A DNA stretch of 53,964 nucleotides, the filler included, from an uncultured virus (IMG/VR IMGVR_UViG_2061766007_002098) (Duplodnaviria > Heunggongvirae > Uroviricota > Caudoviricetes). It is 4 parts of one record of this genome, joined end to end, with 100 filler letters (N's around TTAATTAATTAA, not from the genome) between each part and the next. Parts side by side here need not be neighbours in the genome. Positions count along the whole stretch, not along the records: positions 43,187 to 53,964 come from IMGVR_UViG_2061766007_002098; 3 more parts are not named here. The stretch is one strand, 5' to 3'. The first letter of the stretch is position 1. Each line of letters opens with the position of its first letter. Under the pieces are notes generated by a model. The model did no database searches, was not told the origin of the DNA, and saw nothing but the letters and a program-made list of their open reading frames with translations. The translations under genes were made by a program, and so were the position numbers. This document shows, piece by piece, positions 50,337 through 53,964 of this stretch.

Positions 50337-50621
50337 AGTCTCGAATCCGTCGTAGTTCGGGTTCATTTCGGCGCGCTTGAGGTACACCTCGTAACCGGTG
50401 ACGATGCTCATTACGGTGCCTCCTTCCTTGTTCTTGTAGGTGGTGGCGTAGATTTCGCGCTTGAAGGGGTTGAGCCCGAAAGCCTGAGCTACTGCCGCAA
50501 ACTGGTTGCGCTGCACGTCCGTGAGCTTGTCGGTGAGGGTGGCGAAGTAGTCGTTGAGGAGCTTCGCCGTGATTTGGTTCTGTTCTGTGACGGTTGCAAC
50601 CGCGTTGTTTTGTTGTTCCAT
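50337..50621 (-). CDS. bet: Bet/RecT allele, N-terminal fragment
   Basis: GLNPFKREIY; near-identical to 53095-53381. Confidence 0.8.
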
Positions 50622-50941
50622 GTTATGCCTCTTTTTTAGTGTTGTTTTCTGGTTCGAGATAAAGTGAAGCGTGGTCCCTGTTCCAGGCGTACTTGATGGC
50701 GTCGCCCATTGTCATGACTCCGACAAGTTCACCGTCCACATAAGTGATGAAAAGTTTATCCATTGACCACCTGCCTTTCGCGGAGTTCCCGGAGTCTGCG
50801 GGCTTCGGCTTCGTTGATTTCGGTTTCCTGTTTCACGGCATCGTCGAAGAGTTCGCAATAGATGTCGAAATGAAGGAGCATTTCTTCAAGGTCGGACTTG
50901 TCGATTTTCTGCAAACGTCCAGCCTTGAGCANNNNNNNNNN

Positions 50942-51279
50942 TGCTGCCTGCTGCCTAGAAGCTGGAAGGTGAAGCACACGATCTCGGTCATGTCGTGGCG
51001 GATTCCGGCGTTGTCGTTCCATGTCCTGTAGCTGATTTCGCCTTCGAGGTATATTGGAGTGCCTTTCTTTACTCCGCACTTTTCGAAGCTCTCGGCGCTC
51101 TTGCCTGCGATGCGGATGTTATGCCATGAGGTCTCCTCTTTCGTCTCGCCGCTGGCGTCGCGGTACTTCTTGCTCGTCGCCACGCTGAACTGCACCACCT
51201 TGCCGCCGTTGTTGAACTGTCGAACAACCGGGTCCTTTCCGATGTTACCGACGATGATTACCTTGTTTACGCTTGCCAT
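50942..51279 (-). CDS. ssb: single-stranded DNA-binding protein (C-terminus in gap)
   Basis: MASVNKVIIVGNIGKDP...IYLEGEI. Confidence 0.9.
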
Positions 51280-51461
51280 TGTATTACCTGCTGTTTAACC
51301 TTGTCTTTCTTCGTTGGCACTATGTGCGCCTTATGCCCTTCATACCCGTGCCGCGCCGCCCACTGTTCCAGCGCATACACCATGCGGTATGCCTGGGAAC
51401 GTCTGCCGAACTTGGAGCCGACTATCGACGCGGCGGGGTATTTAAGGGGGCGCTTCATTGT

Positions 51462-51971
51462 CTACTTGATTGTGAGTGTTCGTTCCTTCGGCTTGATCTC
51501 GATGCCGTCGTGGAAGAGCTCCAGCATCTTCTCGGTGGTGATTCCTGCGGCCTTCTGCATTCCGTTCACTGTCACCATGTCGAAGAGCTGCTCCTTGGTA
51601 GTGAGGCCGGAGTCGATGAGGCTCTGTGCGATAACACGGGCCTGACCTTCCTCGAAGGCGTAGGTGTAGGACTGCTTGCTCCACTTTACATTCGCGGGTA
51701 GATCCTCTTCGGTTCCCACGTTGTAGGTGTGCTTGAGCGCTTCCTTGATGGAGGCGGCGGTCCTTTCCATCCACTTTTGGACTTCCGCCAGCTCGCGGAA
51801 CCCTTCGTTCTTGGCGTTGCGCTGCGACACGAATTCCTGTTCCGCGCCTTCGTCCATCTCGATTCCTGCGTGGGCGATGGCGAAGCGGTAGGCGTCCATG
51901 GCCTTTTCGCTCGGTACGAGCATCTGCTGCATTTCTTCCGGAGTTACGATCATTACTTCCTTGCTAGCCAT
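51462..51971 (-). CDS. DUF2800-C-like protein
   Basis: GTEEDLPANVKWSKQSYTY...IEIKPKERTLTIK. Confidence 0.6.
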   Translation of the reverse strand: MASKEVMIVTPEEMQQMLVPSEKAMDAYRFAIAHAGIEMDEGAEQEFVSQRNAKNEGFRELAEVQKWMERTAASIKEALKHTYNVGTEEDLPANVKWSKQSYTYAFEEGQARVIAQSLIDSGLTTKEQLFDMVTVNGMQKAAGITTEKMLELFHDGIEIKPKERTLTIK

Positions 51972-52127
51972 AGTCAGTCCTTCCTGTTGCCGATGATGAT
52001 GTTGGATGTGATTTCGATTGTAGATTGCGTGGAGCCGTTTTCCCTGGCCTCGATGATCTTCTTCTGGATAAGGAAGTAGGCTTTGTCGTTTACTCGCACG
52101 TTGTGCGGGACTATTAGTCTTGGAGCC

Positions 52128-52466
52128 TTATCCATTGTCGGCCTCCTTGTTGATTTCGGTTTCGTTCATTTCTACCGGATTCTTTACGGCTTCGGTGAGG
52201 TCGGCCAGCAATCTGCTGCGGCCTGCGGAGGTTTTCACGTCCATGACGCTTTTGAGCGCCGCCTTTTCGAGAAACGCGTCGAACGCTTCCGGATTCTTTT
52301 CTCGGATGTCGTCGCACATCTTCTTCCAGTTGGCGTCCTTTTCGTCCTGGGTCTTCGCGGCCTTCGGCGGTTCGGGCTGTGCCACGGGTGCTGCCTGCTG
52401 CACTTCGGTGTACCCTTGCTGTTCCAGCTTGTCGGCTCCGGTCATGTGTTCGGGGAGTTCGTCGTT
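52128..52466 (-). CDS. Bet allele, C-terminal fragment with a different tail
   Basis: Identical to the 52566 gene up to AAKTQDE, then diverges. Confidence 0.7.
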   Translation of the reverse strand, partial: NDELPEHMTGADKLEQQGYTEVQQAAPVAQPEPPKAAKTQDEKDANWKKMCDDIREKNPEAFDAFLEKAALKSVMDVKTSAGRSRLLADLTEAVKNPVEMNETEINKEADNG

Positions 52467-52565
52467 NNNNNNNNNNGGGCGATGGCGAACCTGTAGGCGT
52501 CAATGGCCTTCTCGGACGGGACGAGGTTCTTCATGTCTTCTGGGGTTACAATCATTACTTCCTTA

Positions 52566-53381
52566 CTAGCCATTGTTGGCCTCCTTTTCTTCGAAGTCGA
52601 TGGTGGACTTCAGTTCGGTGTAGAGTTTCCGCCGGTCCTTGCTGCCCTTGATCTCGGCAAGGTCAGGCACGTTGTGCTGCTTCATGTAGTTGTCGAAGAT
52701 TTCCGGGTTGCGTTCGCGCAGCTCGTCGCACATGGCGAGCCAGTTGGCGTCACGCTCGTCCTGGGTCTTCGCGGCCTTCGGCGGTTCTACCTGTGCCACG
52801 GGCGCAGCCTGCTGCACTTCGGTGTAGCCCTGCTGTTCCAGCTTGTCGGCTCCGGTCATGTGTTCGGGGAGTTCGTCGTTCGTGTACGGCATGCCTCCGA
52901 AGTCGGTGGGGAAGGCGCGGCGGAACGCCGTGGCGATAGCGACCTTCTCCAGCATCATGCGGGGCTTGGTCGCCCAGAGCGAGCGCCCGGTGGAGTATTC
53001 TGCCATCCACACGGTAGACGTGATGGGCATGCGGCGGTCCTTGCGGTACACCTTGCAGGTGCAGTTCATCTGCTTGTCCACTACGTTGAATTCCGTCTCG
53101 AATCCGTCGTAGTTCGGGTTCATCTCGGCGCGCTTGAGGTACACCTCGTAACCGGTGACGATGCTCATGACCGTCTGTCCGTCCTTGTTGCGGTAGGTGG
53201 TGGCGTAGATTTCGCGCTTGAATGGGTTGAGGCCGAAAGCCTGCGCGACTGCCGCGAACTGGTTGCGCTGTACGTCGGTGAGCTTGTCGGTGAGGGTGGC
53301 GAAGTAGTCGTTGAGAAGTTTCGCCGTGATCTGGCTCTGTTCGGTGACGGTTGCCACCGCGTTGATGTTGTTCTGTTCCAT
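52566..53381 (-). CDS. bet: Bet/RecT single-strand annealing protein
   Basis: GLNPFKREIY, CTCKVYRKDR, W..KPRMMLEKVA...FRRAFP. Confidence 0.9.
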   Translation of the reverse strand: MEQNNINAVATVTEQSQITAKLLNDYFATLTDKLTDVQRNQFAAVAQAFGLNPFKREIYATTYRNKDGQTVMSIVTGYEVYLKRAEMNPNYDGFETEFNVVDKQMNCTCKVYRKDRRMPITSTVWMAEYSTGRSLWATKPRMMLEKVAIATAFRRAFPTDFGGMPYTNDELPEHMTGADKLEQQGYTEVQQAAPVAQVEPPKAAKTQDERDANWLAMCDELRERNPEIFDNYMKQHNVPDLAEIKGSKDRRKLYTELKSTIDFEEKEANNG

Positions 53382-53417
53382 AGTTGTTGTCTCCGTTTCG
53401 GTTGTTGATAAGTTGTG

Positions 53418-53666
53418 TCAATTGTTGACAGGATTGTTGTAAGCCTTGTGATACCATTCCTGCCATGCGGCTTCGCGCTGGTCTGCGAGGCTCTTCCATA
53501 TTTCGAGGTCGCGTACTCCGCAGTCGAAAAGTATGCTCCTGACGGCGTCTGGTCTTTCGCGGAACGCGTTGTATAAGATCCTTGTCAGCTTCTCCTGCTT
53601 TTCTTCGCATTCCCTGACAAGCCTATTCCAGCGTTCCGATTCTGTCTCTGTCCTGGTCTCACTCAT
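53418..53666 (-). CDS. hypothetical protein
   Basis: 82 aa upstream of bet. Confidence 0.55.
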   Translation of the reverse strand: MSETRTETESERWNRLVRECEEKQEKLTRILYNAFRERPDAVRSILFDCGVRDLEIWKSLADQREAAWQEWYHKAYNNPVNN

Positions 53667-53809
53667 GATTCACCTTCCTTAGTCCGTTATAGTTTTGATG
53701 GTCGCACGAGTAGCAGAGCATGCGCCTGCCGTCCCTCCTGCAATACTTGTGCAGCCCGCACACCGTGCACGTTGCATACTCGCTGAAGTCCTTGTGGAAC
53801 GCTACCATG
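53659..53809 (-). CDS. small Zn-finger protein
   Basis: CTVC...C...CYSC; similar to the small ORFs at 45310-45603. Confidence 0.5.
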
Positions 53810-53964
53810 CGCAATCCACCCATCCGGCGAGAACGAAGACGCCTAGAAGCAGCGCGGCAAAGAGCCAGGGGGCGAGCCTGTCGAGAAGCCACTGGCGGNN
53901 NNNNNNNNTAGCAATTCTTCAAGGTCGGACTTGTCGATTTTCTGCAAACGTCCAGCCTTGAGCA

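Overview
A gapped, multi-strain assembly of a temperate P22-like (short-tailed) phage population. The host is probably a Fibrobacter-like bacterium, inferred from the SSB sequences. Four scaffolds are joined by artificial N-TTAATTAATTAA-N linkers (26185, 28378, 43131), and many 10-N gaps place strain alleles side by side, so gene order across gaps is unreliable. Scaffold 1 (1-26140) holds tail-fibre ends, lysis genes (holin-like, DUF1353, DUF5675), a three-gene accessory cassette, a tyrosine integrase with an intact attP, and a long leftward early region (excisionase, DNA methylases, ASCH, SSB, tRNAs, replication modules with 11-bp iterons). Scaffolds 2-3 hold terminase, portal, gp4/gp10-like tail hub proteins, a P22-like coat, ejection proteins and tailspike variants. 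Scaffold 4 is a second early region (glycosyltransferase, methylase, SSB, Erf, Bet, tRNA-Ser). No CI-like repressor is visible. The most striking signal is a set of small structured RNAs in the early operon. One is a 77-nt tRNA mimic whose anticodon arm is replaced by a 20-nt loop complementary to the ribosome-binding sites of two of the phage's own early genes. There is also a family of four exactly 69-nt hairpin RNAs and further tRNA-scaffold RNAs. Together these suggest an RNA-based regulatory or immunity system reminiscent of, but distinct from, P1 C4 and P4 CI RNA.
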